Positions 49,856 to 62,075 are shown, counted from the first letter of the whole stretch. The stretch: DNA of 63,888 nt, filler included, from Octopus bimaculoides (GCF_001194135.2; 5 parts of 4 records of this genome joined end to end with filler, not necessarily neighbours in it), one strand, 5' to 3'. The notes: a model not told the origin generated them from the sequence alone. Translations and numbers: made by a program.

Positions 49856-50200
49856 TATTGAGGATACCCGTGGGAAAGAGCATAAAAGGCATGGGAAACC
49901 TGAACTCAGTTTGAACTTAGAATATAATGAATCAGGAGAAATACCAGTAAGCATTTTGTCCAACTCTCAAATGATTCCACCTGCTCATTCACCAGAGATT
50001 TCAGGCAGAGAATATTGTCAATTTATACTGATTTTTATTTTTTATCAACCGCAGTAAAGGTGAAAGCTAAAGCTGAATTTTGAGGGATTTAGACTCAAAA
50101 TATAAAGGACTTAAATATCATAAGGTACTTAGTCTGATCTTTCATTCCATTGCATCTAAATATTTGAGAATTTCATCCTGAAGTGCAACCATATTGCATG

Positions 50201-50214
50201 GTTGCTATAGCAAC
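50201..50214. promoter_or_regulatory. RFX X-box-like palindrome
   Basis: GTTGCTATAGCAAC, a perfect 14-bp palindrome fitting the GTTGCCATGGCAAC-type consensus. No TSS identified. Confidence 0.3.
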
Positions 50215-50756
50215 AAGAATAAAGCTTGTGTAAATCATTATTGCCAAAATACTTGGAGATAATAGAATTATGAACCAGAAATAAGAGAACAAGCATTTGA
50301 GATTACAACTGCTGTCAGTGAGAAATACATCTAACACTAGGATGGCTAGAAATAATACTTAATAAGTTAAACAAGTTGTAAAATAGAATATGAATAGAAA
50401 TTTGGACAGAATATCTTACACAACAGCTCTGTTAGAGATAGTTAAATTATTTAAAAGAGTATTAGATGGCTAATTTCAGTATGAAATAAAAACAGCGTAA
50501 AATGCCTTAGAACTCATGACTGATTGTCATAACTTGCTCCTAAAAGCAACAATCTTCACTGTAAGATGCCAGAATTGTGAAATAAAATATGACAATAGCA
50601 ACAGTAAGGATAATAAACTGCAGAAATGTTAACAAAAATGAGTCAAAGTGTGAATAATAGCTAGGAGGGAAGGTTGAAATCTATCTAGAAGACATCTTGT
50701 GAGATATGAAACTATGTTGGGCTAAAATTTATGGAAATACTGAATTTAGAGGATAT

Positions 50757-51220
50757 GTACATTGGGCCTCACCGAGGCGATGACTACTGACCGAGACCTT
50801 TGGAAATGTGCTGTGCGTGAGAAGACCCGGCAAGCCAAGTAAGATCGTTGCCAGTGCCCCTGGACTGGCTCTTGTGCGGGTGGCACATGAGATGCACCAT
50901 TTTGAGCGTGGCCGTTGCCAGTACCGCCTGACTGGCTCCCGTAGGATTTTCAAGTGAGATCGTTGCCAGTGCCCCTGGACTGGCTTGTGCGGGTGGCACA
51001 TAAAAGACACCATTTCGAGCGTGGCCGTTTTCGTGCGGGTGACACGTAAAAGCACCCACTACACTCTCTGAGTGGTTGGCGTTAGGAAGGGCATCCAGCT
51101 GTAGAAACTCTGCCAAATTTAGATTGGAGCCTGGTGTTGCCATCCGGTTTCACCAGTCCTCAGTCAAATCGTCCAACCCATGCTAGCATGGAAAGCGGAC
51201 GTTAAACGATGATGATGATG
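50757..51220 (+). mobile_element. 5'-truncated RTE-clade LINE: ORF C-terminus plus 3' UTR
   Basis: LGLTEAMTTDRDLWKCAVREKTRQAK* is followed by a 3' UTR with an internal ~100-bp duplication and a (GAT)n tail. Confidence 0.8.
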
Positions 51221-51317
51221 TAATTACTTAGAGTTGGAGAAGAGTGAAGCCAAATAAGAGTGATGTGAATGATATTAATATGATGAAGGAAAGCAGAACA
51301 TAAAAAGTGTTGTTAGA

Positions 51318-51489
51318 TCATCATCATCATCATCATCATCATCATCGTTTAACGTCCGCTTTCCATGCTAGCATGGGTTGGACGACTTGACTGAGGACTG
51401 GTGAAACCGGATGGCAACACCAGGCTCCAATCTAAATTTGGCAGAGTTTCTACAGTTGGATGCCCTTCCTAACGCCAACCACTCAGAGA
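51318..51489 (-). mobile_element. RTE 3' UTR copy in inverted orientation to 51065-51220
   Basis: Reverse complement of 51065-51220 with 2 mismatches outside the tail. Confidence 0.95.
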
Positions 51490-51577
51490 TGTAGACAAAT
51501 ATTCCAGAAGTGTTGAAATAATGTGGAAATGTACCATTAATACGAACAAATATTGACACACACTGAGTAGATGTAAG

Positions 51578-51865
51578 CATGGATATGTGGTTCAGATGCT
51601 TGCTTCTGAACTGTGTGGTCTCAGGTTCAGTCCCACAGCACAGTACCTTGGGCAAGTGTCATCCTCTACAGCCCCGAGCCAATGAAAAGCTTGAAAGAAG
51701 ATTTGGTAGAAGGATATGTGATAGGAAGTTTGCTTCCCACTCACATGGTACTGGGTTCAGTCCCACTGCATGGCACCTTGGGCAAGTGTCTTCAACTATA
51801 GCCTCAGGCCAATCAAAGCTTTGTGAGTGGATTTGGTACATGGAAACTGAAAGAAGCCCACGGTA
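51578..51865 (+). mobile_element. Two tandem SINE family A 5' halves
   Basis: GGTTCAGTCCCAC...ACCTTGGGCAAGTGTC occurs twice (~51625-51660 and ~51755-51790). Confidence 0.85.
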
Positions 51866-52983
51866 CTTCTTCCAGTTTCCATCTACCAACTATAGTAATC
51901 ATTTCTTTTATACGTAAAGAATATTAAAAAGACTATATAATAATACACAAGCATATTCACAGTACTAGATATGAGTACCTCAAGAAAAGATGATTTCCAA
52001 TAACGGTGAAACTGGTTGGTCACTTTGAGTAATTCTACTTTCAATTCTCTCATCATATCACACACACACACACACACACACACTCATGGCAGCCTCANNN
52101 NNNNNNNNNNNNNNNNNNNNNNNNNNNNNNNNNNNNNNNNNNNNNNNNNNNNNNNNNNNNNNNNNNNNNNNNNNNNNNNNNNNNNNNNNNNNNNNNNNNN
52201 NNNNNNNNNNNNNNNNNNNNNNNNNNNNNNNNNNNNNNNNNNNNNNNNNNNNNNNNNNNNNNNNNNNNNNNNNNNNNNNNNNNNNNNNNNNNNNNNNNNN
52301 NNNNNNNNNNNNNNNNNNNNNNNNNNNNNNNNNNNNNNNNNNNNNNNNNNNNNNNNNNNNNNNNNNNNNNNNNNNNNNNNNNNNNNNNNNNNNNNNNNNN
52401 NNNNNNNNNNNNNNNNNNATATATATATATATATACATAAACTATAAGTAAGATTCAGTTGAATTAGGTAATTAAGTTGTACTTAATCAATTAAAGGAGT
52501 CATTAGAAATGACTGTAATGAATTGACATCTGTCCTTCAATTCTTATTTATCTATCTATCTTCTATATATATTTATATATATTTGAGCTGCAAGATTCCA
52601 CACAAGCATACACATGTGCACGTGCACACACACACACACACACACATACATACACACAAACACAGACACAAATGCATACGCCCATAAGGATACACATCTT
52701 AGAAGAATAGAATGAAGTAAGTGGAGGAAGAGCACACACGAAGAGGTCACAAATGTGTGGTGAAAGCTTTACGGGCAATGGACATGAGTTAAAATATTTA
52801 AAAAAATAAGAACAGTAATAAATGAGTGAAGAACAAATATATAGTGCATATGCTTATTTGACCATCCTGCCAAAATGCATGTGCTTATTTGACCTCCTCC
52901 TCCTCCCCCTCTTCTTCTTCTTCTTCTCCTCCTCCTCCTCTTCTTCTTCTTCTTCTTCTTCTCCTCCTCCTCCTCCTCTTTTC

Positions 52984-53014
<31 letters not shown>

Positions 53015-53099
53015 TTATTATTATTATTATTATTATTATCATTATTATTATCATTATCATCATCATCATCGTTGTTGTTGTTGTTATTATTATTATTAA

Positions 53100-53310
53100 G
53101 GGGGCAAACTGGCAGAATTCTTAGCGTGGTGGACAAAATGCTTAGTGGCATTTTGTTCATCTTCACATTCCATGTGCAAATTCTGCCAAGATCTACTCTA
53201 CCTTCTATCCTTTTGGGGGTCGATAGAATAAGTACCAGTTACACACCGGGTTTCGTTGTGATAGCTTTTATCCCCTGCCCCAAACTTGCTGGCCTTGTGT
53301 CAAAACTTTT
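53100..53310 (+). mobile_element. SINE family C variant
   Basis: CTGGCAGAATTCTTAGC head and CCTTTTGGGGGTCGATAGAATAAGTACCAG core. Confidence 0.8.
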
Positions 53311-53518
53311 AAACCGATATTACTATCGTTTAATAAAATCAACACCACAGCAACGATCACAGCGCCAACTACAGCTTTCGCTATCATCATCGACATTTTG
53401 ACATTCAACCTTAATGTCTTGGATTAAAATTGCATTTCTTTCTCTGTTCCAAGAAACAGATGAAGAGGAAGGAAGGAATGGATCCAAGATAATGAATATG
53501 ATTTTATATATCTATCTA

Positions 53519-53591
<73 letters not shown>

Positions 53592-53691
53592 NNNNNNNNN
53601 NNNNNNNNNNNNNNNNNNNNNNNNNNNNNNNNNNNTTAATTAATTAANNNNNNNNNNNNNNNNNNNNNNNNNNNNNNNNNNNNNNNNNNNN
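53592..53691. other. Artificial 100-bp scaffold spacer
   Basis: TTAATTAATTAA at 53636-53647 between N runs. Confidence 0.95.
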
Positions 53692-54578
53692 AATTCAGAT
53701 GCACATATCTCGCTTCAAACAAAACTTTATTAATCGAAATAAACACCAACAGTATCAAAACATTTTTGCCAACGCGAAACAAGTTTATTTATGCCAGCAG
53801 CGTAATCCTGCGTTCTAATAGCGATGAAGTCGTTGAAGGGGCGTTTACCATCGTCTTGGTTTTTGAAGCATTTCTCACGCAGGAAGTTGTCAAGATGCTT
53901 GAAAAAGTGGTAGTCTGTAGGTGAGAGGTCTGGTGAGCATGGCGGATGAGGCTTAGTTTCATAGCCTGATTCGTTCAACTTCTGCAGGGTCAGTTGTGCG
54001 ACGTGCGGCCGAGCGTTGTCGTGGAGGAGAATTGGTCCTTTTCTATTATTGACCAATGCTGGCTGTTGTTGTCGGAGTTTCTTATGTATTTCATCCTTGT
54101 CGTATACGTTACGTCTAATTCAGAAGCAAGCTCTCGTACAGTTGTACATGGACTGGCTTCGACTGAGGTTCTTAGTTGATCGTTGTCAACATCCGATGGT
54201 CGACCACTACGCTTATCATCTTCAAGACTCTCGTCACCGCTACGAAATTTCTTGAACTACCATTGTGCTGTACGTTCATTAGTAGTTCCTGGGCCAAACG
54301 CATCGTTGATATCGCGAGCTGTTTCAGCAGCTTTTCGGCCTAGCTTGAACTGGAATAAGAAAATTATGTGAATTTGCTTTTTGTCCATGTTGTATTCAAC
54401 GTTCCGGAAAAAAATGGCTTAATTATTCAAAAAGAAAAAGAGTAACACGATTAGACAGAGCGAAAACTGGGCTTTAAAATGATATATAAAGTCAAAGTAA
54501 TTTAATGAAAATTGATTTGAAAATACATCATTTAAAAACCAAACTGAAAATTCCGCAAGAACTTTCTTGACAGCCTAA
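53692..54578 (-). mobile_element. mariner (DD34D) element with an internal deletion
   Basis: MDKKQIHIIFLFQFKLGRKAAETARDIN..., then LLHDNARPH and HPPCSPDLSPTDYHFF. The WVPHEL/first-D region is missing at ~54096. TIR TTAGGCTGTCAAGAAAGTTCTTGCGG lies next to TA at 54579-54580; the other end is lost at the spacer. Confidence 0.9.
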
Positions 54579-54664
54579 TATATATATATATATGTGTGTA
54601 TGTATGTGTGTGTGTGTATTTGTGTATGTGTGTGTGTGTGAGCGCGTGAGTGTCTATGTATGTA

Positions 54665-56100
54665 TGTATACTAAAGTGTTACCGATCAAATGACGAGGCG
54701 GTTTGGAGGTATATCGTTGCCATCATGTGTAACATCAGGAAATATTGCATACATAGAATAATTATAATTCAACTTTGTATCAAACTTCTTGGTGCTGATA
54801 CAGAAGGAAGAAATAATACCAATTTTCAAACGAAAAATATTTATTGCCTTGTAATGAAATTAAATGAAATAAATTTCTCACTTGTGTAACTCCTCTGATA
54901 AGAAAATGTTAGTTAAACGTTTTAATTGTTGCTAGGGAGACAGTGAAATTTCGAGAAAGTTTGAAGCAATTTCTAGTTATAACTTTAGCATAAATCTGTG
55001 GAATGATTAGTTTTCATTAATGTTCAATGCAATGTCGTTGTTTTGTAGCTTGTGAGTAGGTTGCTATATATTATTGTGTATTATTAGGTACAACGTTATT
55101 TCCGTTAGAGAGTATTTATTAACTTCCGCTCATAGATTGCCAATGATTTTTTGACTGTACTCTGTTTTAAGTGAAGAGATAAATTTGTGCTTTTGATAAT
55201 CTATTTGCAGCACGTGATGTGTTATTTTTATATAATGAATATTTTCGTTACGATTTGATTTTTAGTCAATTTTAGATTATACAAGCATATACGTCTTTTA
55301 GGTGAAAATATTGGTTTCAATGTATTTTCTACAATTGAAGTTTATATCTAATAGTTATAAGTCTATATTGATTCATTCCCCTCATGGTAGGCAAGTAATG
55401 TTTGATAGTTAAAGCGATGTATTATTCTGGTAGTTTAGATCATTTTAATTATGCTTTAAGTATATCCGTGAAAATTTTCGTTAAGGTTTTGGTGTTCTAG
55501 TCAATTCTATATCTTTTATATGTTTTGAGGTGCGATATTCATTTAGGTATATTTTCGATACTTAAGGTTTAGATTTCATTGATTTATGCTGGTTTATTCC
55601 CATGTTGCGTTGTTTTAAGACGATTGAAACCTGATGCTAGTTGACGTTTGGTTCGTGTTTTCGTGTTTGAAATATTTGCTATATATTGTGAGGTAGCAAT
55701 GTCCATCGGTTTATGTTCTTTAATTAATCTAAATGCTTGCAGTCCTAGTTAGGTAATTACTTAAGCTATTATTATTCTTCGTGTTATGTATTGGCAACGA
55801 GTGTTTTCGACTATGCTGAATAATTTTTGTTTATTCTATTTTGTTCGGTATTTTGTTTTAAATTCTATAATTCCGGGGATGGCAATGTCCATTTTGAGAA
55901 TGTTTTTAGGTTTTCTATATTTTACTTTTTTAATTTCTTTGCTTCGTAGCCATAGGCATATAGATGTTTGTATTTGTAACAATAAACAAGTGTAGACGCT
56001 ACGTTTCGCTTCTGCTTGTTGTCTACTAATTCCCAGACATCGCTTTTGTTTTCGCATTGTTGACGCTACCGGAATAAACGGTACGTCCAAGTCCCGAAAC
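54665..56100 (-). mobile_element. Highly decayed PLE-like element (degenerate hammerhead at the 5' end, RT traces)
   Basis: GATGT-CTGGGA...GAAAC-GTA-GCGTC at ~56045-55992. The minus strand is A-rich and reads ATIYLQTASSFDR*HF near 54700, resembling PLE RT L.L..TYF.F.G..Y. Confidence 0.4.
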
Positions 56101-56358
56101 GATAATGATATCCATTAAGCAGCTGGTGATGGATGTATACGTTTGATGTACTTGTTGACTTTGAATCGTTTGTGTCTTGTGTTCTCATAGTTCTAAGTTG
56201 TCATTCATTGAAATTCTAGATCTCATAGGGTTGAACTTGTTTATGAGGATTTTGGTGTATATGTTATACATTGATATTGTGTAACTCTTCATAAAAATTC
56301 TAATTCTGGTAAGGCTAATACTTGTTTACGGCTTTCTAGTTCATAAAAGTTTTGTTGC

Positions 56359-56434
<76 letters not shown>

Positions 56435-56440
56435 GTCTAT
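56359..56440. repeat. (CTAT)n microsatellite
   Basis: Directly visible. Confidence 0.95.
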
Positions 56441-56643
56441 CTCTACTGACGGACGTGCTGTCACATCGGCTGCAGAGGTAAACCTATTTTTGACCTTATA
56501 TTGCCCACATTTGTTAAAATTTTTTCATATAATCTGTGCGAAGCACCCAAGCTTCATTTGTGTATTTTTCGAAAGGAGGAATTGGCCCCTAGGGGCAGTT
56601 CCAGCCCCGTCAAAATATAAATTTTTTCTCGGCATTTGAAAAA

Positions 56644-57878
56644 ATGTCGAGAAACATTGTTTTGGAACGCTGTTCCAGTCCGTTCTTCGAACATCACTTC
56701 CCTAGCCTTGGAACGCTAGATAAGAAAAAGAATGAAAACTGCACGCGCACACAAAAAAAGATTTCTAAGAACGTCATCAAAACAGCAACCACACATATTG
56801 ACAGCCCTCCCACCACCACCAATATGAAAGCTATGTCTGCTACGATCACCACCGGCAACAGCAGCAGCAGCAGCAGCAGCAACAACAACAACAACAACAA
56901 CAACAGTGCATCAAGACCAACCACGACCAAAGTCTCTGCTACTACAGCAGTCTCCACAGCTACCGACACCACCACCACCAGCGACGACAACAACAAAAAA
57001 ACAAACTTTGCTGATGCACTCAGACAAAAAAAAAATAAAACAATTTTGCACTTCACAACAAAAGAAATTCAAGAAACAAAAAAACTATTAAGCCAACAAG
57101 GACCAAAACTAAAATTAAAAATACCTGAAAAAATCATTCATGATGTACAAAAACAAACCATCATATACAAAATTTTGAACACAAAAACAAGAAAACCAGA
57201 GCAACCAGCAACAGAAATTATTGAACAATGTTTGTATCCCATATTAGCCCACAAGAACTACATAAATTGGGGGAACAGTTTCGCCAGCGTGCAAGTTCGA
57301 TTTGACAGCGAAGAGAAAGCGAAAGAGTTGTCCACGCTGACTCTTCGTTCCGAAAATATAATATTGGTGCCCACGTACCTTGGACAAAGGGTAACCAGAG
57401 TATCGATAAAAAATGTCCCTCCAGAAGTGGAACTACAATGGCTGTTATCAGCTATTTGTTATCACATGGAAGGAAATATAAACATTCTAGAGACTACTGC
57501 ATTAAAGCAGGAAGACTGGAATGGAAAAAATTCGATGTCCTGTTACAAATTACTAATGAAGAATTGCAAGAAATTCCAACTCAAATTGAGCTGCCAGACG
57601 GCCACACCCTCTACGTTGTGGTAGAAGGTAGAAGGCCTCGATGCTACCTGTGTGGCATCGAAGGGCACCTAAAAAAAGATTGCCCAACAGCAACAGATAA
57701 CATAAACAACAAGAAGGAAAAACAGCCAAAAAAGGACCCCTACTACCCACACCACCACCAACACAAAGAACGAGCAAAAGGAGCAAGACAGAAGAATCCC
57801 ACAAACCAAACCCGCCTACAGCAACAAATGTACCCGAAAAAACACAAACAACAACTACAAGAACTAAGGAGACAGTAA
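56644..57878 (+). CDS. L1/Tx1-type non-LTR retrotransposon ORF1 (RRM-like region plus CCHC zinc knuckle) with one frameshift
   Basis: ORF 56644-57624 (...VQVRFDSEEKAKEL...TRVSIKNVPPEV) continues in the -1 frame as KFDVLL...VVVEGRRPRCYLCGIEGHLKKDCP (CX2CX4HX4C). The shift is at a 6-A run (~57525-57530). The element is cut by the spacer at 58006. Confidence 0.8.
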
Positions 57879-58005
57879 AAGCAAAAGACAATACAAAAAC
57901 TAATTCCCCTTCTCCCACATCACATACACCACAAGCAGATAATCAAGAACCATCAACAACACACCCACTTCAACAAACAAATACACAAGCACACGACATG
58001 CCCTT

Positions 58006-58105
58006 NNNNNNNNNNNNNNNNNNNNNNNNNNNNNNNNNNNNNNNNNNNNTTAATTAATTAANNNNNNNNNNNNNNNNNNNNNNNNNNNNNNNNNNNNNNN
58101 NNNNN
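58006..58105. other. Artificial 100-bp scaffold spacer
   Basis: TTAATTAATTAA at 58050-58061 between N runs. Confidence 0.95.
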
Positions 58106-58180
<75 letters not shown>

Positions 58181-58550
58181 TAGAGATAGATAGATAGATA
58201 CCTTGGTGTATCCTGTATTAAATTCAATGAAGTACAATTTCCTCACTCCCATACAGCATTTCAATCAAGGACCAGTAAAGAGAGGGGTACAAAAGGCATG
58301 AAAGTAGTCATATATGCCCATGCATACATATACACTGTATTAACCTTATATGTCTACATATACAAGCACTACACAGCGTGGTATGAATCTTACATACTCA
58401 TGCATAAAGACACACACTCACCTCAGACATCCACATATACCCATATACCCACATACACATATGAACATGTAGTCCACATAAATGTACACATACAAATACC
58501 CTCATGGACATGAACATGCAGTACACATAAACATACACATAGATGTAAAG

Positions 58551-58582
<32 letters not shown>

Positions 58583-58679
58583 TCATAAGCATATACATAT
58601 ACACTCATGAATGCATACATACATTTATACGGTACTCTGATAGGTGCATGCACACAAGTATATGGTTACAAATATATTA

Positions 58680-59790
58680 GATCTCCTCTGAAAATTCAAT
58701 GCTATTCAAAGCATTATTATGATAAAGGGCAGCATTCGATAGGGGTGAAATCCACTTTCCTATGTTGTTAACCATGTTCCTAAGAATGACTGGTGGACAA
58801 TTGAACCCTTTATCACTATAGTATAGCCTTTCAATTAGACTTACAAAAGGGCTTAAAACTATCTGATTCTAAATATAGATTAATATCTAAGAATTTAATA
58901 CTACTAAGGTTTGTACTTATTGTAACTTTTAAGATCATTCTTTAGAAGAGCAATAAGATTCTTCCTAAAGCCATTAAGTTCATGCCTGTTCATATTGTGG
59001 GTGACTGTAAGGCCATTGTCCGTATATAATCCTGCATTTAAAAAAGGAAGTTGTAAATGTAAATTGTATAGGATGTAAATATCAATTAACATGCATAATT
59101 CTGCTCTGTCATGTGCACCCATTAGCAAATCGAATAAGGAATCTCCATTCTTTTTGACTCAAGTTGAATTGTAAAGAAAGGAAAGATTCCCTGGCATGCT
59201 AAATTATGTCAATGTCAGAATTGCTAATGCTTTAAGTAGAGATCTGGATATAGATGGGTAAAAGTCCACTGTATCAAACTGCATAAATTTAGAGTTATTC
59301 TTATTGCTGATACCCTTAAACCAGTCTGTAACAGACCTACTGTCATTCCAAAGTTGTAAATCTAAGACTCTACTCATTTTATCTAAGATGTTTTTGCTAA
59401 TTAATCCTATCTCTACTTTTGCTGGATTAATTAATCTACATTTTGGGTTTCTATTAAAATTAGCTTTACGGTCCTTAAGGGTAATAAAGAGCTTACATGG
59501 GGGAAGACATTCTATTCTATCACTAATGTTAAGGTTGGAAGTGATTCTTCTTACTTCAATGTCCACCTCTCTATATAAATTATTGTTTGTCCTTTTTGTA
59601 TGTGTTTGTAATGCCATTTGATAGGAGCCTGTTATAAAGGTTTTTATCAACTGCTTATAAATTTTTTGTCTTATCTAACTGAAGTTAGATAAGACAAAAA
59701 ATTTAATTTTTCTTACCAGTTCAAACAAGTCCGTTTTAAAAGACTCTAATTTTTTAATAGGGGGTAGATTTTTACTAGACTTAAATCTGT
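58680..59790 (-). mobile_element. PLE reverse transcriptase remnant (Nematis/Hydra-like by motif; clade unconfirmed)
   Basis: FITLKDRKANFNRNPKCRLINPAKVEIG...WFKGI...FMQFDTVDFYPSI, then FDLLMGAHDRAELC...GLYTDNGL (decayed GLYRDDG), then FKPFCKSN. Confidence 0.85.
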
Positions 59791-60854
59791 ACTTGTTTGT
59801 GTTTTTTTTGTTGTCCTTTCTTGTTGAAGAAATGTGCTCGCCATTTCATTCTATGAATGAAGTCCTCTGTTTTCTCCATCAAGCATTTCAAATATTGCTT
59901 ATTCAGTGGAATAGGAATATTTTTCATTGGAAAATTGAGTGGGTAGAGTTCCATTTTCCAGTTGTTTGTTTTCCCTCTTATGGAGAGTCACTTAAACTTA
60001 GAAAAGGAGCAATATGTACATAAGTAAGCACATAAAATACCTAAGGCTGAGTAATATGTTTTTATTAAAGCTGCAGAATTATCACAAAACTGTTACTCAG
60101 TTTCACATTTCCATTCATTAGACAGTTGTGATGAATACTGAATTAAAATCGTGATTGTTCATGTAATATAATGTGATGAAGTATAATTCAAATCAACAAA
60201 TAAGCATATTACCAAATTGTTGTCATTATCAGTAAAAATATATTCAGAATCTGTTATATCTGACAAACTGCCTCAAATTATGTTCAAAATCTATTATATC
60301 TGACAAATTGTTTCAAATGCAGGACTCTATCTGACAAATGCCTAAAATGCAAGATTCCATGTAATATTGTTGAGTCACTTAATTAATAAACCCCTTAGTC
60401 ACTTTAGTCCTAAAATTATCTATCCATCTATTTATATATCTAATTACTTTTAATGTTATATTTAAGAGATGTGGTGGAGTTGGGGGTATTATTTATAAAT
60501 AAAAAAGCGAAGGGAGGTAACTCTAGATTTAAATAGCTTGAACATCTTATTAATCAGCCAACCAATTAACCAGTCAATTAAATAACCAATGAATTAATTA
60601 ATCAATCAATCCAATCCTTGGTTATATAATGGGGTTGCACATCATAGTCCATAATCATATACATACTCATGCATATATAATAATATATATATATATACAT
60701 ATTTTCACGGTGGTGCACCAGCATGACCGCAGCCACTTGGCTGAAACACATAAATAAAAAATACATGCACACATGTATATACAACCATCTATATACATAC
60801 ATACATATACACATACATACATACCCACCTACACATATATATCCCCATACACAT

Positions 60855-61178
60855 AATTAACAGTATAAAGCAATTAAGAGTATGAAGACCGGGAAAGCCC
60901 CCGGCCCATCAGGAATCACTGCAGAGATGCTCAAAATATCTGGCAGTGTTGGCTATAGCCTAGTCACCCGTATTACGAACCAGGTGATACACGAAGGAGT
61001 CATACCCAATGACTGGTGTAGCAGCATCATAGTCAACTGCTACAAAGGTAAAGGTGACGCTTTAGATACAAATAATTACAGAGGCATCAAGCTGTTAGAT
61101 CAGGTTATGAAAGTTACAGAGAGGGTCATAGCCCAACTAATTAGGGAGCGAATCAATTTAGATGAGATGCAGTTTGGG
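60855..61178 (+). mobile_element. RTE-clade LINE RT fragment
   Basis: MKTGKAPGPSGITAEMLK...DWCSSIIVNCYKGKGDALDTNNYRGIKLL...EMQFG; cut by the spacer. Confidence 0.9.
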
Positions 61179-61278
61179 NNNNNNNNNNNNNNNNNNNNNN
61201 NNNNNNNNNNNNNNNNNNNNNNTTAATTAATTAANNNNNNNNNNNNNNNNNNNNNNNNNNNNNNNNNNNNNNNNNNNN
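61179..61278. other. Artificial 100-bp scaffold spacer
   Basis: TTAATTAATTAA at 61223-61234 between N runs. Confidence 0.95.
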
Positions 61279-61529
61279 TCAAAAACACAATAACAAAAAA
61301 ACAACAAGGTGAGGACGTGATATGGATAGTATTATTGGACGCTCAGGAAAGGAAAGAGAGAGTGTATATATATATATATATAAAGGTCCAGTGTAATCCG
61401 TGGGTAGGAGAGGTTCAGAATAAAAAAATCCAGAATAAGTCCAGAATGAAAAAAGGTAGAGAGTCCAGAAGTTTGTGTGTGATGAGTAGAGACAGGATTA
61501 GCTGGTGCGACCACCTGAGCGTGTGTTAT

Positions 61530-62075
61530 ATATGGGAGAATTTATGAAAAAAACAACAGACGAAGACAGATGGTGTAGACAACAAAAGGATATATTAGTT
61601 TAACGCTCGGGAATAGAGAAAGTCTTTAACGTTTCGAGCTACGCTCTTCAACTGAAAGGAACACAGAAAGAAACAAGGAGAAAAAATATAAATGTAGTGG
61701 TCAGCGATCTATCATGGCAAATGATATATATATATACATATATATGATGGGCTTCTTTCAGTTTCCGTCTACCAAATCCACTCAAAAGGCTTTGGTTGGC
61801 CTGAGGCTTATAGTAGAAGACACTTGCCCAAGGTGCCACACAGTAGGACTAAACCCAGAACCATGTGGATCGTAAGCAAGCTAGTTAACACACGTATTGT
61901 TTTTCTCCTTGTTTCATTCCATGTTCCTTTCTGTTGAAGAACGTACGCTTGAAACGTCAAACACTTTCTCTATTCCCGAGCATTATACTAATACATCCAT
62001 TTGTTGTTTACACCACCTGTCTTCATCTGTTGTTTTTTCATAAATTCTCCCACATATATATATACGTTCAGGTCC
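61530..62075. mobile_element. Inverted pair of PLE pLTR-like repeats with degenerate hammerheads, enclosing a SINE family A 5' half (~61727-61890, minus)
   Basis: ~61530-61690 and ~61895-62075 are diverged reverse complements. The motif is CTTT-C(T/A)GTTGA-A..GCGTA(C)GCT.-GAAAC-GT(T/C)-AAA. Confidence 0.7.

Noticed and set aside
50729-51143. Minus-strand ORFs of 108 and 119 aa
   Set aside because: Antisense readings of the RTE 3' UTR.
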